Shown here: piece after piece, positions 53,633 to 63,152 of the stretch | Position numbering within the stretch: the stretch's first letter is position 1 | How the letters are laid out: each line of letters opens with the position of its first letter | Origin: a virus | IMG/VR virus record: IMGVR_UViG_3300032213_001988 | Coordinates: 67,519 to 131,518 of that record | Reading direction: 5' to 3' (one strand) | DNA: 64,000 bases | Translations under genes and position numbers: made by a program | The notes under the pieces: model-generated | What the model was told of the DNA's origin: nothing | Database searches by the model: none | Seen by the model: the letters and a program-made list of their open reading frames with translations, nothing else

Positions 53633-53696
53633 ACATGCATCTCCCGGGAAGATAGTAGTTACCCTCTCCCCAGAGGTTACATGTTTATCCTATCAC

Positions 53697-53999
53697 TTAA
53701 GAAGCAAGGCGTCTTTGTCGTCTAAGGCTTCTTCTATCCTTCTGGGTAGTTCCACCCCAGATACCAATTTCGTCGTTAGCAACCGCCCACGAAAGGCACT
53801 CTGCCAGGTAAGGGCAGGTCTTACATATCTTCTTTGCAACTGCTACATCTTTAGGAGATCCGCTTGAGTTTCCTTTGTCTGGAAAGTATAGCTCGGGATC
53901 TACCTCTGAGCAAGGAGGGTGTCCGTTCTGCGTAAAGTCTGGGTACCGTCCAATAAAACCACGAACCTCAACTTGAGTTTTACGGATTCTCTGTTCCAT
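53697..53999 (-). CDS. whiB: WhiB family transcription factor
   Basis: PCSEVDPELYFP...AKKICKTCP...CL..A...GIWGG. Confidence 0.9.
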   Translation of the reverse strand: MEQRIRKTQVEVRGFIGRYPDFTQNGHPPCSEVDPELYFPDKGNSSGSPKDVAVAKKICKTCPYLAECLSWAVANDEIGIWGGTTQKDRRSLRRQRRLAS

Positions 54000-54014
54000 T
54001 AAGCGCTTGTCTCC

Positions 54015-54194
54015 CTATCCACGCGAGCTGTAAAAACCTGACCCCTTAAAGATTACCGCTGAGCTACTATATACACGTTGTAAATTCTTTGTACATATTT
54101 CGCATGCAGATCCTACTACTGTGTCCTCCTGCGCCATCGGGCGCTCGTCAATATACACATGCTTGTTTTCACAAGTGTATTCGTACACCGCCAT
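54015..54194 (-). CDS. FmdB-like zinc ribbon protein
   Basis: YEYTCENKH...CEIC...LQRVYS...IFKGSGFYS. Confidence 0.8.
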   Translation of the reverse strand: MAVYEYTCENKHVYIDERPMAQEDTVVGSACEICTKNLQRVYSSSAVIFKGSGFYSSRG

Positions 54195-54196
54195 AG

Positions 54197-54352
54197 TTAC
54201 GCTAGTCGTGCACTAACTGACTTATCAACTGTTGCAGTAAGTGTTGTCGTATTAACTGCAATTGCGGCTGAAAGTGCAGCCTCGTATGACGCAGCCTCAA
54301 CCTCAGTCTGATAGTTCTTTGACTCCGTGATGTATACAGTATATGTTGCCAT
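54197..54352 (-). CDS. Small hypothetical protein (51 aa)
   Basis: GAGGA RBS; hand-translated. Confidence 0.55.
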   Translation of the reverse strand: MATYTVYITESKNYQTEVEAASYEAALSAAIAVNTTTLTATVDKSVSARLA

Positions 54353-54360
54353 CGTTCCTC

Positions 54361-54675
54361 CTAGTTGTAGTTGCTAACTCGAATGGTATTATGCACAATA
54401 CCACTTTGTTCTATAAGTACTTGCCTTTGATCTTCAGTCATACCACCCCAGACGCCATAGACCTCTGGAATGCTGAGTGCATGATTAAGACACGCTTGCT
54501 TAACAGGACATGTTTTGCAGACAGAAAGAGCTGTCTCTTCTTTCTCTCGCTTGGTCTTTCCTCGTGCTGATGGCTCAAGAAAGAAAGTTTCAGGGTCAAC
54601 ATTGTTACAAGACCCTTGGTACTGCCATTCCCAATTATCAGCAATTGGTTTTAAAGTCGTGCCTACAGCTGTCAT
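54361..54675 (-). CDS. whiB: WhiB family transcription factor
   Basis: WEWQYQGSC...DPETFF...ALSVCKTCPV...CL...GVWGG. Confidence 0.92.
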   Translation of the reverse strand: MTAVGTTLKPIADNWEWQYQGSCNNVDPETFFLEPSARGKTKREKEETALSVCKTCPVKQACLNHALSIPEVYGVWGGMTEDQRQVLIEQSGIVHNTIRVSNYN

Positions 54676-54702
54676 TGTGTTCTTGTCCTTAGTTACTTGT
54701 AG

Positions 54703-56742
54703 TTACTGGTTGTCTTTAATAAGTTTGATTTCACATGCATCAGTTGTGCAGTACATTTCTCCAACAGCGTCCGCGGCCATACCTGCGTACACACCGGCGA
54801 AGTCAATAGGGAACAGCTTCATGATTGCGTCCTCGTACTCCTCCTCGGTGATTTGAGTATAAGGCATCTGTGGGTAAACAAAGTTACCTGACGGTAAGAA
54901 GGACACAGTCTTTAACTGGCCGTCGTACATATGCAATACTGTTCCTACATGCTCAGATTCCTTCTCAGGGTCAAATGAGACGGTTACAGAGACAGAGTTG
55001 TCAGACCAGTAACGTTGTGCGGTTGCAGCAAGAGACATCTTTTCAAAGATGGTTACATCCTTCTCAGCACGTTCTGCGAGAGACTTGATAGGGAAGAACA
55101 CGACGCTTGTAGAGTCTGGTGACTCTGATGCAGGCTCAACTCGATAGTTTGCCATCTTGAATAGTGGAAGCATTGGATCTGAGTTTGCAAAGCGAATAGC
55201 ACGGTTAAAGAACTTACCGCCCACTGTCCAGTGTACTCCTGGTGACTCACCAGCAAGAATTGAAACTGTTCCTGATGGCTTAACTGTTGTCATCTTAATT
55301 GACTCACGAATACCAAGCCACTCTGAATAAGTGTTGTCGTATCCCTTGACTACTTTGTACCCTTCATCCATCCAATCACGAAGTGTAGGAAGTCCCTTAC
55401 GGTCTGCAAAGTTAGCAACTCCGGAGATTGATGTTCCGATGCGGCGATTACGTTGCATGATGGCGTTTGTCTCTTCCCAGTGTGTAGGGAGCAGGGTTAC
55501 GGTCTTTGCGTATAGATACGCAAACTTAAGCGTGCGCTTAAAATCATCTAGGTCATCGTGACGATTTAGATATGTCTCAACAAGCGTGCAGCACTCATAT
55601 GATTCTAATGACTGCTCTGCACAAGGGTTGTATCCAGCAATACGCCAGTCCTTGTTGTTGATTGGATCTACAAGACGGCCATACTTACGGGATACGTCCA
55701 TCCAAATAACACCAGGCTCACCATTTAATGCAATACCTGGAACAATCTTATCTAGGTCCTGACCTACGGTTGTTTCAACTGAGTTGTTTGACATCCAGCC
55801 CCAACCAGGTGCTGCAGGGTCATAGCTGTTACGCTCTGGGAACTTCTCTGCGTTCTTTAAGCTTAAGAACGTGTCATCATCTAGTCGGCCAATAAGAAGC
55901 TCTGCCGAGCGGCGAACGTTGCCCGAGACTACGCAAACACCAATAAGATTTCCAATATCAGCAATGTCCGTGCGAGTAACCTTCTCACCAGCACGACCGT
56001 TAAATACCTTACGGATATAGTTGTGCAGCTTCTCTAGCGGCTCATGTCCTGCGGCGGTTCCACCAAATGTCTTGATTGGGACGCCAGCAGGGCGAACTTC
56101 AGAGTAGTCAAACTTCATAGTAGCTTGATCTGGCTTCAAGTATGAGTTAAGAATCATTGATAGTGACTCAACCCAGCCTTCGCGAGTATCTGGAATAACG
56201 TATGTGTTCTCTGCAGCTTGCGGTGCATAGATTGTAAAGTCCTTGTCTGCACCCTTATCATCAAAGCCAACACCAACGCCAAGCATTGATGCTTCCATTA
56301 GAAATGCAAATGGACGTGCAGGGTTTGCCTTTGTCATTTCCATTGTTGAAACAAATGCACAGTTTTGCAGTGCAGCAGAGTTGCGTTGCTTGTTTACAAT
56401 GTCTGTTCCCATTACCCAAAGCCCACGGCCAGGAGGTGTCCACTTTAGATTAAATAAGCGGTCAAAGCCGTCCTTGGCAGAAGCCTGCGCCTTTGCATCG
56501 TTCCACGGAAGTCTTTGACTTTTGCAGTGATCTTTCTGAATAGAGTACATGCCATTGATGACACGCTCACAAACGTCAACCCATGTTTCCTTGGTGCCAT
56601 CTTCTTTTAGTCTAGAGTACGTGCGTAAAAAGGTAATCTCTCCGACAGAGTTTCCAGCTGCATCTGTGTAACCAAATGGTGCTTTCTTTCCTTTATATCC
56701 TGCTACGAATTCTTCATTTAGACGAAAAGAGAAAAGGCTCAC
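54703..56742 (-). CDS. nrdJ: Class II (adenosylcobalamin) ribonucleotide reductase
   Basis: PPGRGLW, NCAF, GNVRRSA, NPCAEQSLE, TTVKPSGTVS; 679 aa. Confidence 0.95.
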   Translation of the reverse strand: MSLFSFRLNEEFVAGYKGKKAPFGYTDAAGNSVGEITFLRTYSRLKEDGTKETWVDVCERVINGMYSIQKDHCKSQRLPWNDAKAQASAKDGFDRLFNLKWTPPGRGLWVMGTDIVNKQRNSAALQNCAFVSTMEMTKANPARPFAFLMEASMLGVGVGFDDKGADKDFTIYAPQAAENTYVIPDTREGWVESLSMILNSYLKPDQATMKFDYSEVRPAGVPIKTFGGTAAGHEPLEKLHNYIRKVFNGRAGEKVTRTDIADIGNLIGVCVVSGNVRRSAELLIGRLDDDTFLSLKNAEKFPERNSYDPAAPGWGWMSNNSVETTVGQDLDKIVPGIALNGEPGVIWMDVSRKYGRLVDPINNKDWRIAGYNPCAEQSLESYECCTLVETYLNRHDDLDDFKRTLKFAYLYAKTVTLLPTHWEETNAIMQRNRRIGTSISGVANFADRKGLPTLRDWMDEGYKVVKGYDNTYSEWLGIRESIKMTTVKPSGTVSILAGESPGVHWTVGGKFFNRAIRFANSDPMLPLFKMANYRVEPASESPDSTSVVFFPIKSLAERAEKDVTIFEKMSLAATAQRYWSDNSVSVTVSFDPEKESEHVGTVLHMYDGQLKTVSFLPSGNFVYPQMPYTQITEEEYEDAIMKLFPIDFAGVYAGMAADAVGEMYCTTDACEIKLIKDNQ

Positions 56743-56828
56743 GCTACGCTCCCACTGGTTGATTTGTATGTTGATTAAAAGTTAGATTGCAAATTATACT
56801 TAGTTTGTACTAAAGTGTAAACCTTTAT

Positions 56829-57059
56829 CTAGCCTAAAAATAAAGCGTCGTATATTTCTTTACAGGTAGGACATACCTTAAACTTCTCTGGGTCCCGAGA
56901 AGGAACCCATATCTTCCCGCAAAGAGCAATCACCGGCGTGCCATTTACATAAGCCTCGGCAATGTCTTCCTTATTTACAAAGTGCGCAAAACGGTCGTGG
57001 TCACCGTTGTCGGTGCTCACATCTGCTTGAGTCTCTTCCGAGGTGTCAATAAATCCCAT
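56829..57059 (-). CDS. DUF3039 family protein
   Basis: DHDRFAHFV...GTPVIALCGKIWVPSRDP...VCPTCKEIY; leaderless start. Confidence 0.85.
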   Translation of the reverse strand: MGFIDTSEETQADVSTDNGDHDRFAHFVNKEDIAEAYVNGTPVIALCGKIWVPSRDPEKFKVCPTCKEIYDALFLG

Positions 57060-57110
57060 AGTAGTATTATAATGTACTCAAGACAATACATAATACAAAG
57101 GAGAAGCCCT

Positions 57111-57494
57111 ATGGCACTGCACAACCACATACTGCTTAACGGGTATGTTACTAATCCTCCTACCAATGAGGAAGAAACAATCGCGTGGATGAAGCAACTA
57201 GTATCAGATATTGATATGAAGATAATCCAAGGTCCATACGCATCGTATGTTAACAAAGAAGGAAACCGCGGTCTTACTGCTACAGTAATGATTGAAACCT
57301 CGCACATTGCCTTACACGTTTGGGACGAAGAACAACCTGCGCTAATCCAGTTTGATCTTTACACCTGCTCGACGTTGCCTGTGCCGACTGTCATTGATAG
57401 CATCAACAAGTACATGGGACTTGAAAAATACTGGTACATGGTAATGGAACGTCGCAACGGCTTCAATGTTGTAGAAACTCATACCGTTGCCTAG
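57111..57494 (+). CDS. speD: S-adenosylmethionine decarboxylase proenzyme-like
   Basis: GLTATVMIETSHIALHVW...DLYTC; pyruvoyl self-cleavage-type motif. Confidence 0.8.
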   Translation: MALHNHILLNGYVTNPPTNEEETIAWMKQLVSDIDMKIIQGPYASYVNKEGNRGLTATVMIETSHIALHVWDEEQPALIQFDLYTCSTLPVPTVIDSINKYMGLEKYWYMVMERRNGFNVVETHTVA

Positions 57495-58338
57495 ACATAA
57501 AAGTCCTTTCTCAAAGGAAGAGCTAGCCTACCTGCGTAGTACCCACACTCTTATTGCAACTCCTTGCTACGGAGAGATGTGCTCCTCTAATTACATGCGG
57601 TCAGTAGTCTCCTTGTTCGAATTTGCGGCTGAACAAAAGATCCCTCTCGGTCTTCAAACGATAGGAAATGAAAGTCTTATCACGCGCGCTCGTAATCAGA
57701 TGGTCTTTAACTTTATGGAACTAGAACACTTAACTCATCTTATGTTTATTGACGCTGACATCTCCTTTAATCCAGCAGACGTTTTTAAGCTTCTACTTCA
57801 CAAGAAAGATCTAGTTGCCGTGGCGTATCCTATGAAGGGTATTGCCTGGGACAGAGTTCTTGGCGCAAAGACAGTAGAAGAGGCAAGACGAAACTCGCTA
57901 GACTACGTAATAAATCTGCCACCAGAGATTGCAGAGTCTAAGGAAGTAAAAGAAAAAGGAACAATTGACGTTAAACTGTACAACGGACTACTTGAGGTGT
58001 ATGACGCTGGCACTGGCTTTATGCTTATTAGTCGATTCACGATACAGGCGCTTATTGATAACTACGGCGACGAGGTCTCATACACCGCGGATCAAAAGAC
58101 AAGACTAGACGATGGCACGATAGAAAGATCGACAAACAAGTTGCACGCACTTTTTGATACATCAATTGATCTTAAGACTGATAGGTACCTTTCAGAGGAC
58201 TACACCTTCTGTCGTCGTTGGCAATCGCTTGGTGGAAAGATCTGGATAGACCCAACCATAGTTCTAACGCACCACGGTTCTTACTCCTATCAAGGATACC
58301 CGATATTTACTTCTAACAAGGATATAGATGAAGTCTAA
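57487..58338 (+). CDS. GT-A fold glycosyltransferase-like protein
   Basis: IATPCYG, SLITRARN, FIDADI, GTGFMLI, SEDYTFC. Confidence 0.8.
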   Translation: MPRHKSPFSKEELAYLRSTHTLIATPCYGEMCSSNYMRSVVSLFEFAAEQKIPLGLQTIGNESLITRARNQMVFNFMELEHLTHLMFIDADISFNPADVFKLLLHKKDLVAVAYPMKGIAWDRVLGAKTVEEARRNSLDYVINLPPEIAESKEVKEKGTIDVKLYNGLLEVYDAGTGFMLISRFTIQALIDNYGDEVSYTADQKTRLDDGTIERSTNKLHALFDTSIDLKTDRYLSEDYTFCRRWQSLGGKIWIDPTIVLTHHGSYSYQGYPIFTSNKDIDEV

Positions 58339-59116
58339 CCCATATGAAAACGTTCATCCTTCGATACGCGTAGTTCTTACAGACTTAATTGCGGCTGATG
58401 ATTCGTATCACAAAGGACATGAACGTCGTATAGCTCGCACCTTACAGGTCGTAATTGACCAGTCGCCAAAAGGTAAACTCCTAGAGCTTGGCACGGGTGC
58501 AATTGTACCTTTAGCCTTGAAAAGGTTAATTCCCGACCTTGAAGTGCATGTTACCGACTTTAGTCTTGACTTGCCTTCTGTTGATAACATTTATCTAGAA
58601 CTTTGCGGTGATAGCATCACGGTTCCAGGTTATCGCGTTAATCTTGAGGAGACGCCTTTACCAATACCTGACGAGACATTTGATGTTGTTTTATGTTGCG
58701 AGGTTATTGAGCACATGGACGTTGATCCGATGTTTATGTTGTCCGAGGCTAATCGCGTCTTAAAGCCTGGTGGAACACTTATCATTACTACACCTAACGC
58801 AGTATCCACTTGGGCAGTTACAAAGATTCTGAGAGGCATTGAGCCATACTTCTACATGCAGTATCGCAAGCACAATGATCCGTGGAGACATAACTACGAA
58901 TACTCAATCCACTCGCTAGTCTCCGTGATAAAGGCTGCAGGATTTGATGGAAGTGCTTGGACAGAGGATTCGTTTGAGGAACCTAACTACACCGAGGTAA
59001 ATAAGCTTAAGGCAATTGGATACCCAATGAATCACGTTGGAGATAACATCTTTGCGGTGTCAAGAAAGATTGGACCAGTTAAGGATAGGTACCCGTCAGT
59101 TATCTACTGCGACTAA
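58328..59116 (+). CDS. Class I SAM-dependent methyltransferase
   Basis: LLELGTG; FDVVLCCEVIEHM; RVLKPGGTLIITTPN. Confidence 0.9.
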   Translation: MKSNPYENVHPSIRVVLTDLIAADDSYHKGHERRIARTLQVVIDQSPKGKLLELGTGAIVPLALKRLIPDLEVHVTDFSLDLPSVDNIYLELCGDSITVPGYRVNLEETPLPIPDETFDVVLCCEVIEHMDVDPMFMLSEANRVLKPGGTLIITTPNAVSTWAVTKILRGIEPYFYMQYRKHNDPWRHNYEYSIHSLVSVIKAAGFDGSAWTEDSFEEPNYTEVNKLKAIGYPMNHVGDNIFAVSRKIGPVKDRYPSVIYCD

Positions 59117-60040
59117 CATCCTTAACGCCTTGGACTTAGGAATGCGCGCGTAGTGACTTGATACATCGTCCTTACCAAATGTAATCACAAGATCATCACC
59201 CATCTCTACCATTCCTGCAGCAAACTCAATTCCAGGACTAATGAACTTAAATTCGTTCCCTAGTTCTATCAACTGGCCGCGCTCGTCATATCGCGCGAAC
59301 AAGTGCGTGTAATCCTTGTTCAAGCCGTCTCGCATTCCAAACATGCGCCCGTCCCAGGTTCTTGTCTTAGTCGTGTAAAGTATATGCACCACTGCAAGGT
59401 ACGTACCATCGTTTAATGAGTGTAGGTTGGTGTTGCCTCGCAGTGGTGCAATCTTAAGATTGTCATTTAGAGAGAAGATAATCTCATCTCCTTTGACAAT
59501 TGAATTTGGACCATGAATAAAATCAAAGTTCTTATTTACTTGGTAGCACGTCATCCAGTTCTTTTCTGGCTTCTTAGCTCCTTGACCCTTGTACAACTTA
59601 ACTAGCTTTGCGGTTGAAGTTTTAAGGTCTAACGTAAAGACTCCCATGCGCGCTGCTGGAATGTTGCGTTCCATAATGACGCCAGTAAAGTGCCACTGGT
59701 TGTCTCGCCAAAATAGCTTAGCGTCCTCAACCCCACGTTCTACTTTAAGACCCGAGTCCTTAAAACTAATCTCACGGAGATCTAGTAGCTCCATGTTCTC
59801 GTTTGTCTCAGTAAAGAAGACCTTGTTCTTAATTGGTCCACCTGTCTGAACGGAAAGTTCTCCCGACTCTGGCAGGATGACGTAGTTGCTACTTCGAAAG
59901 GTTATGGCATAACCCTGCGGTGAAGATCCGATACTTGGGTTAAATAGGCTCCAGGTCTTATCGTCAGGGTAGGCAAAGCGCTTAACGTTAAACACCTCGC
60001 CGCCAACCTTAGACAGAAGAGGAATCGCTTTGTTAGACAT
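59096..60040 (-). CDS. Five-bladed beta-propeller glycoside hydrolase-like (GH130/GH43-like)
   Basis: FNPSI, GVEDAKLF, EKNW, IEFAAG. Confidence 0.7.
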   Translation of the reverse strand: MSNKAIPLLSKVGGEVFNVKRFAYPDDKTWSLFNPSIGSSPQGYAITFRSSNYVILPESGELSVQTGGPIKNKVFFTETNENMELLDLREISFKDSGLKVERGVEDAKLFWRDNQWHFTGVIMERNIPAARMGVFTLDLKTSTAKLVKLYKGQGAKKPEKNWMTCYQVNKNFDFIHGPNSIVKGDEIIFSLNDNLKIAPLRGNTNLHSLNDGTYLAVVHILYTTKTRTWDGRMFGMRDGLNKDYTHLFARYDERGQLIELGNEFKFISPGIEFAAGMVEMGDDLVITFGKDDVSSHYARIPKSKALRMLVAVDN

Positions 60041-60069
60041 AGGTTTATCATAGGGCATAAGATTTACGC

Positions 60070-60279
60070 ATGACCGAAGTATCAGTTGAAGAAGATCTTG
60101 ACATCCTCACCGTTCACGATAGATGTGATGCGTGTGGCAGTCAAGCATATGTGCTAGTTATCTTTCCAGATGACAAGGCGCTTATGTTTTGCTCTCACCA
60201 CTGGAACATGCACAGTGAAAAGCTGATCGAGAAGGCTATAGATATTGTTGACGAAACCGACAAGTTAAGCAGAAAGTAG
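60070..60279 (+). CDS. DUF7455-like protein (second copy)
   Basis: DRCDACGSQAYV...LMFCSHH. Confidence 0.75.
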   Translation: MTEVSVEEDLDILTVHDRCDACGSQAYVLVIFPDDKALMFCSHHWNMHSEKLIEKAIDIVDETDKLSRK

Positions 60280-60286
60280 GAGAGGC

Positions 60287-60433
60287 ATGGCAGCAGGTAA
60301 AGGTGGTGGAGGTCGTCCTCCTGTAAAGGGAGCAAATGACCGTCGACCAAACGGCAAGGCTTGGAAGAAGTTTATCAAGCAATGGGACCCCGAAAAAGAA
60401 CGTATGGTGCGAATACCTAATCCAAACAAGTAG
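60287..60433 (+). CDS. Small basic protein (48 aa)
   Basis: AGGAGAGG RBS; MAAGKGGGGRPP... Confidence 0.55.
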   Translation: MAAGKGGGGRPPVKGANDRRPNGKAWKKFIKQWDPEKERMVRIPNPNK

Positions 60434-60451
60434 TCGGTATATAGTCCTCTC

Positions 60452-60988
60452 GTGAGGAAAGCTGATCTACGCAAAAAGCGTTTTTGGGAAAAGGTAAGCA
60501 TTCGCGGTGACGATGAGTGCTGGCCTTGGCTTGCAGCTCGTCATGTTCAAGGGTATGGCGCGTTTGCGTTTACCAAGTATAAGATCACAACTGCTCATCG
60601 TGTTGCGTGGGCAATCACATACAATCGAAGTCGGTTGCCATCTGTTAAGTTTCAAGTCATGCACATATGCGACAACAAGATCTGCGTTAACCCTAGACAC
60701 CTAGAGCTTGGCACCGCTGCAAAAAATAATCGTGATGCATACGAACGCTGGAAGAAGTTTCCACGTCGTCCTATTCTTCAAAAAACCTGCAAGCGCGGGC
60801 ATCCTCGCACGCACTTAAACACGATTATAAAGACAGGCGGCAGGCATAGAAAGCCTCACCCTGTTTGCAAGGTCTGCGTTCGAGAAAACGATAGTCTAAG
60901 TAAGCAAAGACGCAAAAGCCCAGAGCTCACAAGAAAGAACACAGAGTACATGCGCCAGTACCGCGCTCGTAAAAAAGCTACTGCTTAG
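60452..60988 (+). CDS. HNH endonuclease
   Basis: AHRVAW...VMHICDNKICVNPRHL..GT...NN.D plus CKRGH...CKVC. Confidence 0.9.
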   Translation: MRKADLRKKRFWEKVSIRGDDECWPWLAARHVQGYGAFAFTKYKITTAHRVAWAITYNRSRLPSVKFQVMHICDNKICVNPRHLELGTAAKNNRDAYERWKKFPRRPILQKTCKRGHPRTHLNTIIKTGGRHRKPHPVCKVCVRENDSLSKQRRKSPELTRKNTEYMRQYRARKKATA

Positions 60989-61470
60989 GCACTAGATTCC
61001 ATTTCTTTATCGCATGTGCGGTGAAGATTGCATCTCCATTCCAGTGCCATACTCCATTTTCCTTCCAAGTCGTATTTACAGAGTACTTCTCATAGAGTGA
61101 ACTAACCCACTTAAGGTTGTCTCCTTCAAGTGACCCTCCAGCCTCGTGAGCAACTATGTACTCGACGTTAGGAAGTACTTCCTCTATGGTAAGAATCACG
61201 TTTGACTTACTTGGTTTCATCTCCTCAGGCACCATCTCATCTACAAGGTACTGACAGCGAAATGTTTTGCATGGGTCTTCTGGGCGCTCGTCGTACACGC
61301 CACAACCTTTTCCAATTTCCACAAATACGCAAGGGTTGCCAGGCGCCATCTCGTGCACGGTGGCTCTACTTTCAATCTTGATAGTTGCACTTAAAGTCCC
61401 GCTGCAACACTTAGTGCACCCTTCGCAACTACGCCCTAATACGTTGGGGCCAAGAGGTACTATTGCCATA
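60978..61470 (-). CDS. YkgJ-like Cys-cluster (Fe-S/zinc) protein
   Basis: CEGCTKCC...PCVF...GCGVYDERP..PC..FRC. Confidence 0.75.
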
Positions 61471-61518
61471 CGTCTCTCCAAATGTGTACTTATCGAGTAA
61501 TTAGTATATTATAACCAT

Positions 61519-61809
61519 ATGTCAACTCCAAAGTTAACACATGACACAGCCAAGGCTATCTACGAGTACGCTGGAACCGATGGGCTTCCTGCGTATAGTG
61601 ATCTTGCGCCTACAATTCAGATATCCTACATCGAGGAGGCCGAGGCAGCTCTTAGCTGTATCGGCGAGTACATTAGAAAACTAGGCAGCGATGTTGAGCT
61701 AGATAGTGATGACGCCTATATAGTTAAGGGAGTAATACTTTCTATAGCACACATACTAGACCCAAAGCAGCCCGAGCTTGAGCCAGACGAAGAAGAAGAG
61801 GAAGACTAA
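61519..61809 (+). CDS. Acidic hypothetical protein
   Basis: ORF track; -10-like element upstream. Confidence 0.65.
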   Translation: MSTPKLTHDTAKAIYEYAGTDGLPAYSDLAPTIQISYIEEAEAALSCIGEYIRKLGSDVELDSDDAYIVKGVILSIAHILDPKQPELEPDEEEEED

Positions 61810-62153
61810 GCTCTTCCGTAGTTATCTTCGTATCTTATAATGTCATCTTCACCTAAGTAATCTCCAGTTTGAACTTCATAAAAAGTAAGTTCTCCTGCAA
61901 GAGACTTGATACGGTGCTTTTCTCCACGAAGAATCTGAATTGAATCACCTGGGTTAAAAGGAATTTCCATTCCCTCAACAGTAACAAGACCAACCCCACG
62001 AGCACAGAACCAGTTCTCTTGTCTGTGTTCGTGCGACTGGTAGCTTAACTGCTGCTGGTCACGCACAACGATTTTCTTGATCTGCGTCTTATAATCCGTC
62101 ACTAAGATCTCATAGTAGCCCCAAGGGCGCTCATCTCTGGTTAATTCATCCAT
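61806..62153 (-). CDS. Mannose-6-phosphate isomerase type II C-terminal cupin
   Basis: RPWGYY...LSYQSHEHRQENW...EVQTG.YLGEDDIIRYEDNYGR. Confidence 0.9.
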   Translation of the reverse strand: MDELTRDERPWGYYEILVTDYKTQIKKIVVRDQQQLSYQSHEHRQENWFCARGVGLVTVEGMEIPFNPGDSIQILRGEKHRIKSLAGELTFYEVQTGDYLGEDDIIRYEDNYGRA

Positions 62154-62198
62154 AGCCCTAACTTTATCATGTATTTAGCGATTTGATAAAATAGACCT

Positions 62199-62528
62199 AT
62201 GATTATCGAATCCAGCGCCAGCGCCTTTCCCAATGACGTTCTCCTCTCTCCTACCCCTGTTCTTGTTGATTTCTGGGCAGAGTGGTGTAATCCTTGTAAG
62301 GTGATGCTTCCTGTATTAGAACAACTTGCGGCGGAAAAAGCAGACTTTATAAAGGTAGTCAAGGTTAACGTAGATGACTACTCTAGCCTTACCGCGACAT
62401 ACTCAGTTCGCTCGATCCCGACGCTAATCTTGTTTATTGATGGTAAGGTTATTCATACGATGACGGGGGCAAAGCCGATGCCTGCGCTTATCGCAGAGCT
62501 ATCAGATTTCGTGGAAGGACTACAGTGA
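62199..62528 (+). CDS. trxA: Thioredoxin
   Basis: VLVDFWAEWCNPCK...VRSIPTL; leaderless start. Confidence 0.92.
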   Translation: MIIESSASAFPNDVLLSPTPVLVDFWAEWCNPCKVMLPVLEQLAAEKADFIKVVKVNVDDYSSLTATYSVRSIPTLILFIDGKVIHTMTGAKPMPALIAELSDFVEGLQ

Positions 62529-62617
62529 ACAGCGACATGTTCTTAATGTTTATGACATTTTTTGGAATGGCGTGCGGAATGACAGTTATGTACATCTGGA
62601 TGAAGTATGGAAAGTAA
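62525..62617 (+). CDS. Small TM peptide (30 aa)
   Basis: GTGA overlap; hydrophobic. Confidence 0.45.
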   Translation: MNSDMFLMFMTFFGMACGMTVMYIWMKYGK

Positions 62618-62759
62618 TTGTTCGTTCTGCAGTCGTCCTGCGTATGTGACAAAGATGGAACCAATGACGTGGAAGGCGTATCGCTACTGCGTTGACTGCA
62701 TCAAAAAGGACAAGGCCGAGCTAGACGCTGGCGGGGACTTCATAACTGATAGCCTGTAA
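62607..62759 (+). CDS. Small zinc-finger protein (50 aa)
   Basis: CSFC...YCVDC. Confidence 0.55.
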   Translation: MESNCSFCSRPAYVTKMEPMTWKAYRYCVDCIKKDKAELDAGGDFITDSL

Positions 62760-62760
62760 G

Positions 62761-63030
62761 CTATCTCCCCTGTTATTAGGTCAGCGCTTCTATGACTTCA
62801 AAGCACCCCACGTGTCTTCACCTACCCCAACATTGGCTACCTAACCAGCGTCTAGCACTCTAACCTGCGGTGTCAATAAGTCACCTTGGCCGTTTGGGAT
62901 AACAGTTGTACGTCATGTTCAGGACGATATGCCTTCTTCATTTGTAGGGTTTTATAGACTTACGCTATCTTCCGTCCACCTTGGACTAGCTGCGACCTAC
63001 GCCTTTAGGGCAATACGTAATTATATCGCC
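62761..63030 (-). ncRNA. Candidate ~250-nt non-coding transcript
   Basis: Promoter variant CGATATAATTA at 63019-63030; no minus-strand ORF of 60 aa or more; 5'/3' complementarity UAGGUC/GACCUA. Confidence 0.3.
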
Positions 63031-63152
63031 TCTTGGTGCCAAAATGTACAATTGGAGCGGAACTTTAAAAAAGCCCTACTTTGTTTAACTTTCAACTTCT
63101 TTGCTTCTACCGGGAAGTTCCTACTAAGAAGCGATATAAATAACCTACCCTA

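Noticed and set aside
16832-56742. Inteins or introns in terL and nrdJ
   Set aside because: Lengths are typical, catalytic motifs are contiguous, and no intein C/HN motifs or LAGLIDADG blocks were seen.
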